From Prevotellaceae bacterium (lineage in GTDB: Bacteria; Bacteroidota; Bacteroidia; Bacteroidales; Bacteroidaceae): a stretch of 39,379 nt of DNA. The stretch spans positions 1 to 39,379 of the forward strand of contig JAISIB010000126.1 in assembly GCA_031262265.1 (NCBI GenBank). Reading direction: 5' to 3'. A program made the position numbers and the translations under genes. The notes beneath the pieces were generated by a model. That model saw only the letters and a program-made list of their open reading frames with translations. It was not told the origin of the DNA and did not search any database. Position 1 is the stretch's first letter; every line of letters begins with the position of its first letter. Shown here one piece after another: positions 7,715 to 16,772 of this stretch.

Positions 7715-8242
7715 ATGAATACAGAGGAACACCTGTCATTCGATACGATATACAACCAACTTTACGGCAAAGCCCTGCGTTTTACCATCTCTTACGTCCA
7801 TGATGTAGCGGTAGCGGAAGATATTGTCGCCGATGCCTTGGTTGCACTATGGTTGGAATTGAAAGAGCGGACGATCGACCGTCCCGATGCTTTTTTGCTC
7901 ACTGTTCTTCGCAATCGCTCACTGGATTATTTGAAACATCAAGTAATCCGGACGACAAAACTTACGGAGCGAGCCAAATGGGATGCCGATGAATTGAATA
8001 TGCGTATAGCCTTATTAGAAGCTTGCGACCCGAATGAATTGTTTGCCGCCGATATTCGCGTCATTGTGCAAGATACGCTGCGGAGTTTACCCGCTAAAAC
8101 TCGCCGTATATTCCTGCTTAGTCGACAAGGACACCGGATGCAGGATATAGCGGAGCGTATGAATCTCTCATCGAAAGCCATAGAATACCATCTTAACAGA
8201 GCGATCAAACAATTGCGCCGACATCTGAAAGATTACTTGTAG
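7715..8242 (+). CDS. ECF-type RNA polymerase sigma-70 factor
   Basis: Region 2 (VAEDIVADALVALW) and region 4 helix-turn-helix (MQDIAERMNLSSKAIEYHLNRA). ATG at 7715 is preferred over the TTG at 7670. Confidence 0.85.
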   Translation: MNTEEHLSFDTIYNQLYGKALRFTISYVHDVAVAEDIVADALVALWLELKERTIDRPDAFLLTVLRNRSLDYLKHQVIRTTKLTERAKWDADELNMRIALLEACDPNELFAADIRVIVQDTLRSLPAKTRRIFLLSRQGHRMQDIAERMNLSSKAIEYHLNRAIKQLRRHLKDYL

Positions 8243-8344
8243 ACGGTCGCAACGGCCGCGTATGTGTGTGTAATATCTAACTTAGATAATTTATTTTCAA
8301 GGCGGGAAAATTCAATAGCTGACGTTGTTATTTTAAGCAGCGAG

Positions 8345-8377
8345 GAGGTTATCCGACAGGGTAACCTCATTTTTTTT
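8345..8377 (+). terminator. Hairpin plus T8 tract between the sigma and anti-sigma genes
   Basis: GAGGTTA (8345-8351), loop, TAACCTC (8362-8368), A, then TTTTTTTT (8370-8377). Confidence 0.5.
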
Positions 8378-8438
8378 GCCGGTCGGTTTAGGGTTCTTCT
8401 CCGCTCAGTCGTCTTATACGTATAAAAGGGAAAAATGA

Positions 8439-9365
8439 ATGAATCATACGTTGATTAGGAAATACATCGAGGGGAGTGCTACGCCGGATGAGAAGCGGCA
8501 AGTAATGGAATGGGTGAATGAGAGTTCGGCACACGAGATAGAGTTAAAACAAGTACGAAAGGTGTACGATGTCGCTCTTTGGAATGCGGTGGATAGTGAG
8601 CGGGTGTACGTATCGAAGTACCGCCGATCATGGATGGCGGGCGTGGCTGCAGTTATTGCGTTATTCGCATGTGCGGCAAGTATCTATTTCTATCAACGGG
8701 CATCTGTACCACCGCCTGATCCGGTGATGCAGACCATACAAGTGCCGCCTGGTCAACGCGTGTTGTTGACGTTGGTAGATGAAACGCAGGTGTGGCTGAA
8801 TGCTGGTTCGAGTCTGATATTTCCCAATCGTTTCGGCGATACGAAACGGGAAGTTATTCTCGATGGAGAGGGATATTTTTGCGTAGCAAAGGATGCTAAG
8901 CATCCGTTCGTAGTTCGTACGGCCACTTATGAGGTGACTGCTTTGGGGACGGAATTCAATGTGATGGCTTACGACAAATCAAAGTTGTTCGACGTTGCTT
9001 TGTTAGAAGGAGTAGTGACCGTCGGACGAGCGGATGGCAGTAGCGTCTATCGAATGCAACCGAACGAACGACTCATTGCTACCGGCGGCGCGTTGGAAAC
9101 GGATTCGATTTCCAATTTTGATTTCTTGCTGTGGAAAGACGGTATTATCAGCTTAGACGACGAACCGGTGGAAGATATGATACGAAAGATAGAACTTTAC
9201 TATGATGTGCAGATCGTGGTGCAGAACGAGGCATTTGCGCGACGGAGATATACGGGTAAGTTCCGTACGAAGGATGGGGTAGAGCACATCTTGAAGGTTT
9301 TCCAATTGAACAATGACTTCTGTTATACGAAAGACGATGAGAACAATATTATAACCATACGATGA
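8439..9365 (+). CDS. FecR-family anti-sigma factor / transmembrane sensor
   Basis: 308 aa. N-terminal anti-sigma segment (IRKYIEGSATPDEKRQVMEW), a single TM helix (WMAGVAAVIALFACAASIYFY) and a periplasmic FecR-like domain. Confidence 0.85.
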   Translation: MNHTLIRKYIEGSATPDEKRQVMEWVNESSAHEIELKQVRKVYDVALWNAVDSERVYVSKYRRSWMAGVAAVIALFACAASIYFYQRASVPPPDPVMQTIQVPPGQRVLLTLVDETQVWLNAGSSLIFPNRFGDTKREVILDGEGYFCVAKDAKHPFVVRTATYEVTALGTEFNVMAYDKSKLFDVALLEGVVTVGRADGSSVYRMQPNERLIATGGALETDSISNFDFLLWKDGIISLDDEPVEDMIRKIELYYDVQIVVQNEAFARRRYTGKFRTKDGVEHILKVFQLNNDFCYTKDDENNIITIR

Positions 9366-9518
9366 TTTAAACCGATTATTCATTAATAAAAAAGGGAGGA
9401 CGCGCCTATGGACAGGGTCTGAGAAACACTAAAAAACCGGAACATGCTGCCACATATTCCGGTTGTAAAAGTTCTTTTAGAAACGATAAGTCTAATACAA
9501 ACTTTAAGTCGCAAAGTT

Positions 9519-12500
9519 ATGAAATGTAATTTATTGCAAGAAAAAAATCCTTTGTTTAATCGCTTAGTATTGATTATGCGGTTTACCTTAATTTTCTTTT
9601 TCGTTTGTAGTTTGGGGTTGTACGCAGCGGATATTCGCTCGCAAGAAACCCCTATCTCGCTCAATGTTAAACAATTGTCGATTCTGGATGTATTGAAGAA
9701 CATCGAGAGACAAACTGGCTTCTTATTCGTTTATGATAAGAATGAAATTGATGTCAGCTCACTCGTTGACGTTGAAGCCGATAACGAACAACTACAAGCT
9801 GTACTCGCTTCTCTATTCAAGGGCACGGAAATAGGTTACGCCTTTGAGGGGAAAAATATTATGCTGATGAAGAGTCGCAATGCCGATAAACAAATTCAGC
9901 AACAGCAGATCGGACGCACTATTACCGGAATAGTGCTCGACCAAACAGGCGAAAGTGTAATTGGCGCAAACATCCGTGTGAAAGGCGTGTCCAATGCCGG
10001 CACCATTAGTGACATTGACGGCAATTTCACGTTGAGGGACGTGACAAACAACTCGGTCGTCATAGTGAGCTTCATCGGTTATCGCACGAGAGAGATTACC
10101 GTGGGCAATCAACAGTCGCTGCAAATTATTTTGGACGAAGACACGCAAACCCTTGATGAAGTGGTTGTCGTAGGATACGGCGTTCAGAAGAAAAAACTAC
10201 TTACCGGTGCCAATCTTCAAGTGAAAGGGGATGACATCTTGAAGCGTAATGCTCAGAATCCATTGGATGCGTTGGTCGGCCAATCTCCCGGTGTATTTAT
10301 CTCCCAGTCTTCCGGCCAGCCGGGAGAGGACTTCAAGGTAAATATCCGTGGTTTAGGTACAGTAGGTGACGCGACGCCGCTCTATATCGTGGATGGTATG
10401 CAAACGAGCAGCATTGCGTATATCAATCCGTCTGAGATAGAATCAATAGATGTATTGAAGGATGCCGCTTCGGCAGCTATTTATGGAGCGCGCGCAGCCA
10501 ACGGCGTCGTGTTGATCACTACCAAGCAAGGTAAGCCAGGCAAGGCGGTCATTTCGTACGATGGTTTTGTCGGTTTTCAAAGTCCGTCGAAATTGGCAGA
10601 AATGCTGAACGCACAAGACTATGCGATGATACAGAACGAAGCAGCCGTCAACTCGGGTAAACAAGCTTATAATTGGCAAAATGAGTTCGGTATTAACGTA
10701 CCTGCCTTAGGCATGGGAACCAATTGGCTGGACGAATTGGTGGAAAAGAATGCGCTGACACAAAACCACGTGCTGGCCGTGAATGGCGGAACCAATCAAA
10801 GCGTATATTCTCTCTCGCTGGCATACAGCGCACAAGAGGGCGTCATCGGCGGCTCTAAATTTTCTAATAGTGACCGCTACACCTTTCGCGCCAATAGCGA
10901 ACACAAGTTGCATGGCGACTTGATTAAGGTCGGCAATCACCTATCTTATACATACCGGACACGAAACGGTATTAGCAACGGAGGTCAGTATGATAATCTG
11001 ATACACGATGCGTTGCAGGCTACGCCTTTCTTACCGGTCTATGATGCGGATGGTAATTATGCGCAAGCCACAGCGTGGTTTCCGGAAGAGAGTAATCCGA
11101 TGGGATCGCTGTATTATAAAAATCAGAATGCAACGCAGACCAACAGTTTCTTGGGTGACGTCTATATTGAGGTACAACCGATAAAGGGGTTAAAATGGAA
11201 GAGTTCGTTCGGATTGGATTATACTAATTACACCTATCGCAAGTATCTTCCCGTCTATCAATTGAGTTCGACGGACATGAATCAAATGGACTACGTGGAG
11301 CAGCGTGCCAATAAGTCTTATAGCTGGTCTTGGGAGAATACGGTCAATTACGATTTCAAACTCAATGAGCTTCATTCGTTCAATGTCTTGTTGGGAATGC
11401 AAGCGCAACGTTCCGGCGGAGAAAGTCTATATGCATTGAAACGTGCGTTGACGTTCTCGGATTTCGATCACGCGTGGATTTCTAATGCGACCAATGTGGA
11501 TACGGGTCAAATCTCTGTGTCGGGTGCTCCCAATGATGTGGATAACTTGCTGTCTTATTTCGGCCGTGTGACGTATGATTACAACGAGACTTATATGGGA
11601 ACGTTGACGGTGCGTGCTGATGCTTCATCTCGCTTTGGTGAAAACAATCGTTGGGGTTATTTCCCTTCGGCTTCGGCAGGTTGGGTAATTACGAATGAAC
11701 CGTTCATGGAATCCACACGAGACTGGTTGGAATTCTTAAAACTGAGAGTAAGTTGGGGACAGAATGGTAATCAGCGAATTAGCACCTATTCTTATTTGGC
11801 TACGATTGCTTCTAATGCCAATTATGAATTCGGACCGAACGACAACACCAATACAAATTATGTCGGCACTTATCAGAACCGTATGCCGAATCCGGATGTT
11901 AAGTGGGAAACTTCCGAGCAGTTTGACGCAGGGTTCGATGCTCGTTTCTTCGGAGGCAAGCTGAATGCAGCGTTGGACTATTATTCGAAAACTACGAAGG
12001 ACTGGTTGATACAAGTTCCTGTTCCGGCTGTACTCGGTGCGCCTTCCAATCCGTTTGTCAACGGCGGTAGCGTGCGTAATAGCGGACTTGAGTTAAGTTT
12101 GAGTTATCGTGACTATGTGGGCGAACTGAGTTATTCGATTAGCGGAAATTTAGCTTATAATAAGAACGAAGTATTGGATATTCCAAACGACGAAGGTATT
12201 ATTCACGGTCCTCAGGATGTCCTTTTCAAAGGTATGCAAGAGATGTACCGTGCGGAAGAAGGTTATCCGATCGGTTACTTTTGGGGATTGGATATGTTAG
12301 GGGTTTTCCAGACGCAGGAAGAAATCAATAATTACAAGAATGCGGAAGGGAAAGTTATTCAGCCTACCGCTTTATCCGGCGACGTAAAATTTGCCGACTA
12401 CAATGGCGACGGCCAAATTGATATGAGTGATAACATTGACTTAGGCAATCCGTATCCGGATATTACGATGGGATTATCCGTTTCGTTGGCTTACAAAGGA

Positions 12501-12947
12501 TTTGACTTCTACTTATCCAGCAATGGGTCGTTCGGACATCAAGTTGCACAAGCCTATCGTCCGATGGAGCGTTTCCAATATAATTATCCGACGAAAATAT
12601 TGGGACGTTGGACGGGTGCTGGCAGTAGCAATACGATGCCGCGTGTAACGCAGGGCGATGAACCGAATGGGAACTGGCGATATTTGTCACAGCTTTATGT
12701 AGAAAATGCCGATTTCTGGCGCATTAACAACATTACGTTGGGCTATGACTTCAATAAACTGATACCTAACTCTCCGTTGGGGCAGTTGCGCCTCTATGCG
12801 ACCGTACAGAATTTGTTGACGGTGACCGGTTATTCAGGAATGGACCCCGATGTTGGTTGGAGTTCTTCGTCGTGGGGTTCGGGTGTAGATATAGGTTTTT
12901 ATCCCCGTCCGAGAACCGTATTGTTCGGTGTAAACGTAAAATTCTAA
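9519..12947 (+). CDS. SusC/RagA-family TonB-dependent transporter with an N-terminal STN signalling domain
   Basis: A signal peptide is followed by an STN-like domain (LNVKQLSILDVLKNIERQTGFLFVYD). Next come a CarboxypepD_reg-like domain (ITGIVLDQTGESVIGANIRVKG) and a TonB box/plug (DEVVVVGYG). The C-terminal barrel ends in ...VNVKF. ATG at 9519 is chosen within ORF 9444..12947. Confidence 0.9.
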   Translation: MKCNLLQEKNPLFNRLVLIMRFTLIFFFVCSLGLYAADIRSQETPISLNVKQLSILDVLKNIERQTGFLFVYDKNEIDVSSLVDVEADNEQLQAVLASLFKGTEIGYAFEGKNIMLMKSRNADKQIQQQQIGRTITGIVLDQTGESVIGANIRVKGVSNAGTISDIDGNFTLRDVTNNSVVIVSFIGYRTREITVGNQQSLQIILDEDTQTLDEVVVVGYGVQKKKLLTGANLQVKGDDILKRNAQNPLDALVGQSPGVFISQSSGQPGEDFKVNIRGLGTVGDATPLYIVDGMQTSSIAYINPSEIESIDVLKDAASAAIYGARAANGVVLITTKQGKPGKAVISYDGFVGFQSPSKLAEMLNAQDYAMIQNEAAVNSGKQAYNWQNEFGINVPALGMGTNWLDELVEKNALTQNHVLAVNGGTNQSVYSLSLAYSAQEGVIGGSKFSNSDRYTFRANSEHKLHGDLIKVGNHLSYTYRTRNGISNGGQYDNLIHDALQATPFLPVYDADGNYAQATAWFPEESNPMGSLYYKNQNATQTNSFLGDVYIEVQPIKGLKWKSSFGLDYTNYTYRKYLPVYQLSSTDMNQMDYVEQRANKSYSWSWENTVNYDFKLNELHSFNVLLGMQAQRSGGESLYALKRALTFSDFDHAWISNATNVDTGQISVSGAPNDVDNLLSYFGRVTYDYNETYMGTLTVRADASSRFGENNRWGYFPSASAGWVITNEPFMESTRDWLEFLKLRVSWGQNGNQRISTYSYLATIASNANYEFGPNDNTNTNYVGTYQNRMPNPDVKWETSEQFDAGFDARFFGGKLNAALDYYSKTTKDWLIQVPVPAVLGAPSNPFVNGGSVRNSGLELSLSYRDYVGELSYSISGNLAYNKNEVLDIPNDEGIIHGPQDVLFKGMQEMYRAEEGYPIGYFWGLDMLGVFQTQEEINNYKNAEGKVIQPTALSGDVKFADYNGDGQIDMSDNIDLGNPYPDITMGLSVSLAYKGFDFYLSSNGSFGHQVAQAYRPMERFQYNYPTKILGRWTGAGSSNTMPRVTQGDEPNGNWRYLSQLYVENADFWRINNITLGYDFNKLIPNSPLGQLRLYATVQNLLTVTGYSGMDPDVGWSSSSWGSGVDIGFYPRPRTVLFGVNVKF

Positions 12948-12965
12948 TCTAAAAAAGAGAACAAC

Positions 12966-14570
12966 ATGAAAAGATATTTTCAAAAATCAGTTCAATGTTT
13001 GCTGCTTTGCGGGCTTTTGAGCGCGTGCAGCAATAGTTTTCTCGACAGTGTACCAATGACGCAAAAGACCAATGCGGGATACTATCAAATGCCGCAGGAC
13101 GCGTGGGAGACACTTGTAGGCTGTTACAATCGTTTACCCGGAGGTTATGGCGACTTCTTCTTTATAGCCAATATCGCTTCGGACGAATGTTACGGCGGCG
13201 GCGGTTATACCGATGCTTTCGGTAATCAGGTTTGGGACGAATGGACGGATTACAATGACTTGGAAATAAATCGCTACACATGGAGCGGACGTTTCTACGC
13301 GGCTATTCGTCGTTGCCACGTTTTAGTGGAGACATTAGATCAGATAGATTGGGGAGGTGACACAAATTTACGCAATCGCTATGAAGCGGAAGCTCGTATG
13401 TTGCGCGCCCATTTCTATTTCGAGATGCAACGCAACTTCGGACACATTCCGCTCATTACATCGTCGCAAGCGGAGTTGATACCGCAAACGGATCCCGATG
13501 AAGTTTACGCATATATTATCGAAGACTTGAAGTTTGCTATTGAGAACTTACCGAGTGTTAGCTTCCAAAGTACTCCGGAAGCCGAGTTCGGACGCGTAAC
13601 CAAATGGGCGGCCGAAGGATATCTTGCTCGCGTATATTTGTTTTATACGGGCTATTACGGCAAATCGGAAGCTCCCGGAGTTACGAAGCAGGAAGTAATC
13701 AACTATTTGGAAGACTGTATTCAAAATAGCGGTCATGCATTGGTACCACGCTATGGTTCGCTGTGGCCGTGGTCTATGATGGAAAACTATCACAAAGACC
13801 CGACGTTGAGTTATGCCGGCGAATACAATCCGGAAATTATGTTCTGCATCCGTCATTCTACGATGCGTTCCAATCAATACCAACGTTATACCGGCATGCG
13901 TGGCATCGCTAATGCTGGAGATTATGAGCCGTTCTATCCGGGTTGGGGTATGGCTACGATTACGCCGAAGTGTTTCAATAGTTTCGCGGAAGGAGATACG
14001 CGCCGCTACGCCTCTATCATCGATTGCGAAGGCGAAGGGATTCCCAATACGGGCAACGACCAACGCGAATTTACGGGCTATTTCCAAAAGAAATATCAGA
14101 CGTTGACGGATCCGAACGATAAGACGAGGTCTTATCCGCAGACGGTGGGCGGTAGCAGTTGGCAGTCCGAACCGCAAGACGCGATTCTCATGCGCTATTC
14201 CGATGTGTTGCTGATGGCTGCTGAGTTGGAATTGGAAACGAATCAGGCTAAGTCACAAACGTATCTGAATATGGTGCGCGACCGTGCTTTTGAAGACACC
14301 GATCATCGGGTGACGGCTACTGCGCAATCTATTTTCGATGAACGAGGCTTTGAGTTTGTATTCGAGGGTATCCGCTATTACGACGTACTTCGACAAGGTC
14401 TGACCAAAGCGAAGGAAATTCTCGACGTAACTAATGCTCCCGTGCTGAACGGTGGGCAACCGGGTGTGAAGAACATCAATTTCTCGTTGGAAAAAGCCGG
14501 TTTGTTGCGTATCCCGCAAAGCCAGATATTAATTTCCGAAGGGATGTTAGTGCAAAATCCGGGCTGGTAG
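12966..14570 (+). CDS. SusD/RagB-family nutrient-binding outer-membrane lipoprotein
   Basis: Lipobox LLSAC|S. SusD-like helical repeat sequence. Located immediately downstream of the SusC-like gene. Confidence 0.9.
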   Translation: MKRYFQKSVQCLLLCGLLSACSNSFLDSVPMTQKTNAGYYQMPQDAWETLVGCYNRLPGGYGDFFFIANIASDECYGGGGYTDAFGNQVWDEWTDYNDLEINRYTWSGRFYAAIRRCHVLVETLDQIDWGGDTNLRNRYEAEARMLRAHFYFEMQRNFGHIPLITSSQAELIPQTDPDEVYAYIIEDLKFAIENLPSVSFQSTPEAEFGRVTKWAAEGYLARVYLFYTGYYGKSEAPGVTKQEVINYLEDCIQNSGHALVPRYGSLWPWSMMENYHKDPTLSYAGEYNPEIMFCIRHSTMRSNQYQRYTGMRGIANAGDYEPFYPGWGMATITPKCFNSFAEGDTRRYASIIDCEGEGIPNTGNDQREFTGYFQKKYQTLTDPNDKTRSYPQTVGGSSWQSEPQDAILMRYSDVLLMAAELELETNQAKSQTYLNMVRDRAFEDTDHRVTATAQSIFDERGFEFVFEGIRYYDVLRQGLTKAKEILDVTNAPVLNGGQPGVKNINFSLEKAGLLRIPQSQILISEGMLVQNPGW

Positions 14571-14624
14571 TTATCTTTGACGTGCTTTTTCAAAAGAATA
14601 TGTATCACTAAACAATTTAATGTA

Positions 14625-16346
14625 ATGAAGAAACCCCTCTTTGTCGTTCTGACATTTTTGTTGGGCTGCAATCTGATGCTCGAAGCCCAATCTGCCGCGC
14701 CGACATTGCGTAAGCAGGGTACCGCTACGCAATTGATCGTAGAAGGGAAACCATTCCTGATGCTGGCCGGCGAGTTGCACAACTCCTCCACCTCAAGCAT
14801 TGAGTACATGGAGCCTATTTGGCCGCAAATGGCTGCCAAGAATTTGAACACCGTACTAGCCGTCGTTGCTTGGGAGCAGTTGGAACCCGTAGAAGGGAGG
14901 TTTGATTTCACGTTAGTCGATGCGATGATTCGCGGCGCGGAGAAATCTAATCTCAAACTGGTGCTCCTTTGGTTCGGTAGCTGGAAAAACGGTGGCTCTA
15001 TCTATATGCCTTCGTGGGTGAAGAAAGACTACAAACGATTCCCGCGTGCGCAAAATGAGAAGGGCGAAAGTATCGAGATTCTTTCCACGCTGTCGGAGAA
15101 CTCTATGAAAGCGGACGCCAAAGCTTTCGCCGCACTCATGAAGCACCTGAAAGAGTTTGATAAAAACTACACGGTACTGATGGTACAAGTGGAAAACGAG
15201 ATGGGTATCCTGAATACCGTGCGCGATTTTTCACCGGCGGCCAACGCTGCTTTTAACGGAGAGATCCCGGCGGATCTTTCGGCGTTCTTGTCGAAGAATA
15301 AGAACAACTTGGGTGCTGAACTGAGTAAAGTATGGAAAGCGAACGGCTCGAAGACGAAAGGAACGTGGGAAGAAGTATTCGGACGTAGCACGGTCAACCA
15401 CAGTGATTGGCGGGCGATGTCGTTCTATACGGAAGAGCTTTTTATGGCTTACCACTATGCAAAATATGTGGGCTACATAGCCGCCGAAGGAAAGAAGGAA
15501 TACGATATTCCGTTGTACGTCAACGCATGGCTGAAAGGACCGGATTATCCGTGGACGGGACGTTTCCCGGGCGGTGGCCCGCTCCCGCAAGTCATGGACA
15601 TGTGGCATTGCGGCGCACCGGCCATTGATTTCCTTTCGCCGGATATTTATCTGCCTATATTTACCGAGGTGGTAGCCAACTACGATCGTTTAGGTAACGC
15701 TATCTTCGTGCCCGAAACACGGGGCGGTGCGATCGGTGCATCGCGTCTGTTGTGGGCACTCGGTGAGCATAACCTGATCGGGTTCTCTCCGTTCGGCATA
15801 GATGGCCGTCGCGGTGCGCCTGCCCCGACGCCTGTGCCTACGGGTGCGCCGGTGACGGGCACCAATGCGCCACGTCCGGTACAAACCGTGGCGGGCGATC
15901 CGTTGGCCGACACTTACGCATTACTTGAAGGCATGACGCCGATGATTACGGCGCATCAGGGCAAAGGAACGATACGCGGTATGTTTATTGATCAGGACAA
16001 TCCGACGCAAAGTTTTGAGCTGGGCGACTATATCGTGACAGCTGATGCGTCCTCGCCGCGTACGATTGAAGCAAATCCGGCCGGCGGGTTGATTATCAAC
16101 CTCGGCAAAGACGAATATATAGTGATTGCGAGAGGTCTCAACGTACGATTTGCGCCTAAGGTACCCGGCAACGAGCCTTTGATAGGTATCGACAAAGTCT
16201 ATGAAGGCGTATTTGACAACGCCGGCAATTGGAAACCCGGCCGCTTACTGAACGGCGATGAAACGCATTGCAGTACATTCTCGGGCACCGGTCTCAAAAT
16301 GCCCGGTCTCAGCATTCAGCGTATTACGCTTTATCGGTATAAATAA
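14625..16346 (+). CDS. Glycoside hydrolase, clan GH-A TIM barrel (GH35/GH42-like N-terminal domain with a DUF5597-type C-terminal domain), putative beta-galactosidase
   Basis: Signal peptide MKKPLFVVLTFLLGCNLMLEA. LIVEGKPFLMLAGELHNSS and VQVENEMG (candidate acid/base NE) motifs. A Pro/Ala/Thr-rich linker sits near residues 405-440 of the track ORF. The family call is from memory only. Confidence 0.7.
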   Translation: MKKPLFVVLTFLLGCNLMLEAQSAAPTLRKQGTATQLIVEGKPFLMLAGELHNSSTSSIEYMEPIWPQMAAKNLNTVLAVVAWEQLEPVEGRFDFTLVDAMIRGAEKSNLKLVLLWFGSWKNGGSIYMPSWVKKDYKRFPRAQNEKGESIEILSTLSENSMKADAKAFAALMKHLKEFDKNYTVLMVQVENEMGILNTVRDFSPAANAAFNGEIPADLSAFLSKNKNNLGAELSKVWKANGSKTKGTWEEVFGRSTVNHSDWRAMSFYTEELFMAYHYAKYVGYIAAEGKKEYDIPLYVNAWLKGPDYPWTGRFPGGGPLPQVMDMWHCGAPAIDFLSPDIYLPIFTEVVANYDRLGNAIFVPETRGGAIGASRLLWALGEHNLIGFSPFGIDGRRGAPAPTPVPTGAPVTGTNAPRPVQTVAGDPLADTYALLEGMTPMITAHQGKGTIRGMFIDQDNPTQSFELGDYIVTADASSPRTIEANPAGGLIINLGKDEYIVIARGLNVRFAPKVPGNEPLIGIDKVYEGVFDNAGNWKPGRLLNGDETHCSTFSGTGLKMPGLSIQRITLYRYK

Positions 16347-16360
16347 TAAATACTTGATAA

Positions 16361-16567
16361 ATGATGAATAATAGAACAAAAAGAATATTTAGTATCCTGT
16401 GTGTGGCAGTCGTAATGACTGTAATGAATTTTGATCTCTCTTTCGGCCAATCCGGAGCGACGCAGATTCCGCAGCTTATTGAGAAAAACGGAGGTTATAC
16501 CTTGTTGGTGGACGGCGAACCGTATCTGATGAAATTTTGTGGCTTTCTCGTTGAAATAACTGACTAA
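16361..16567 (+). pseudogene. 5' remnant of a second GH35-like/DUF5597 paralog (signal peptide plus about 35 mature residues), truncated
   Basis: IPQLIEKNGGYTLLVDGEPYLM aligns with APTLRKQGTATQLIVEGKPFLM of the upstream gene. Similarity ends abruptly at about 16531 (KFCGFLVEITD*). Confidence 0.6.
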
Positions 16568-16616
16568 GTTATGAAAATATCTAACTCGTTCGTTGCAACA
16601 ACTTAGTCAGTTATTT
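16554..16616. repeat. 17-bp perfect inverted repeat with a 29-nt spacer at the truncation point
   Basis: AAATAACTGACTAAGTT (16554-16570) and AACTTAGTCAGTTATTT (16600-16616). Confidence 0.85.
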
Positions 16617-16772
16617 GAGCGACAAAAGGGCTTAATCTGAGCAGCGGGGGAGATGTCGAAAAAACTCCGAGAAGATTTGGAAATAGTGCGGGAGATGTCC
16701 TATCTTTATCGCCGAAAGGACGATGTATGTGGTTTCCTATGATGATTTAATCATCCGATAATAGAGAACAAT

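Noticed and set aside
9436-9465. An AACCGGAA...TTCCGGTT hairpin, and a GGAAC motif as an ECF-dependent -35 element upstream of the SusC-like gene.
   Set aside because: The GGAAC lies inside the hairpin arm, and I cannot identify a convincing -10 partner at the correct spacing. This is not enough to call a promoter.
16554-16616. Invertible-promoter (shufflon/fin-type) switch flanked by the 17-bp inverted repeat. The loop contains CGTTCGT, reminiscent of Bacteroides invertase sites.
   Set aside because: The spacer is only 29 nt, too short to hold a promoter. No invertase gene is nearby, and the match to the ARACGTWCGT-type site is partial (about 8 of 10).
16653-16742. A 29-codon ORF (MSKKLREDLEIVREMSYLYRRKDDVCGFL) containing the GGGAGATGTC direct repeat.
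   Set aside because: It is too short and has no recognisable family. It may be a remnant of a destroyed gene, and is not supportable as a CDS from sequence alone.
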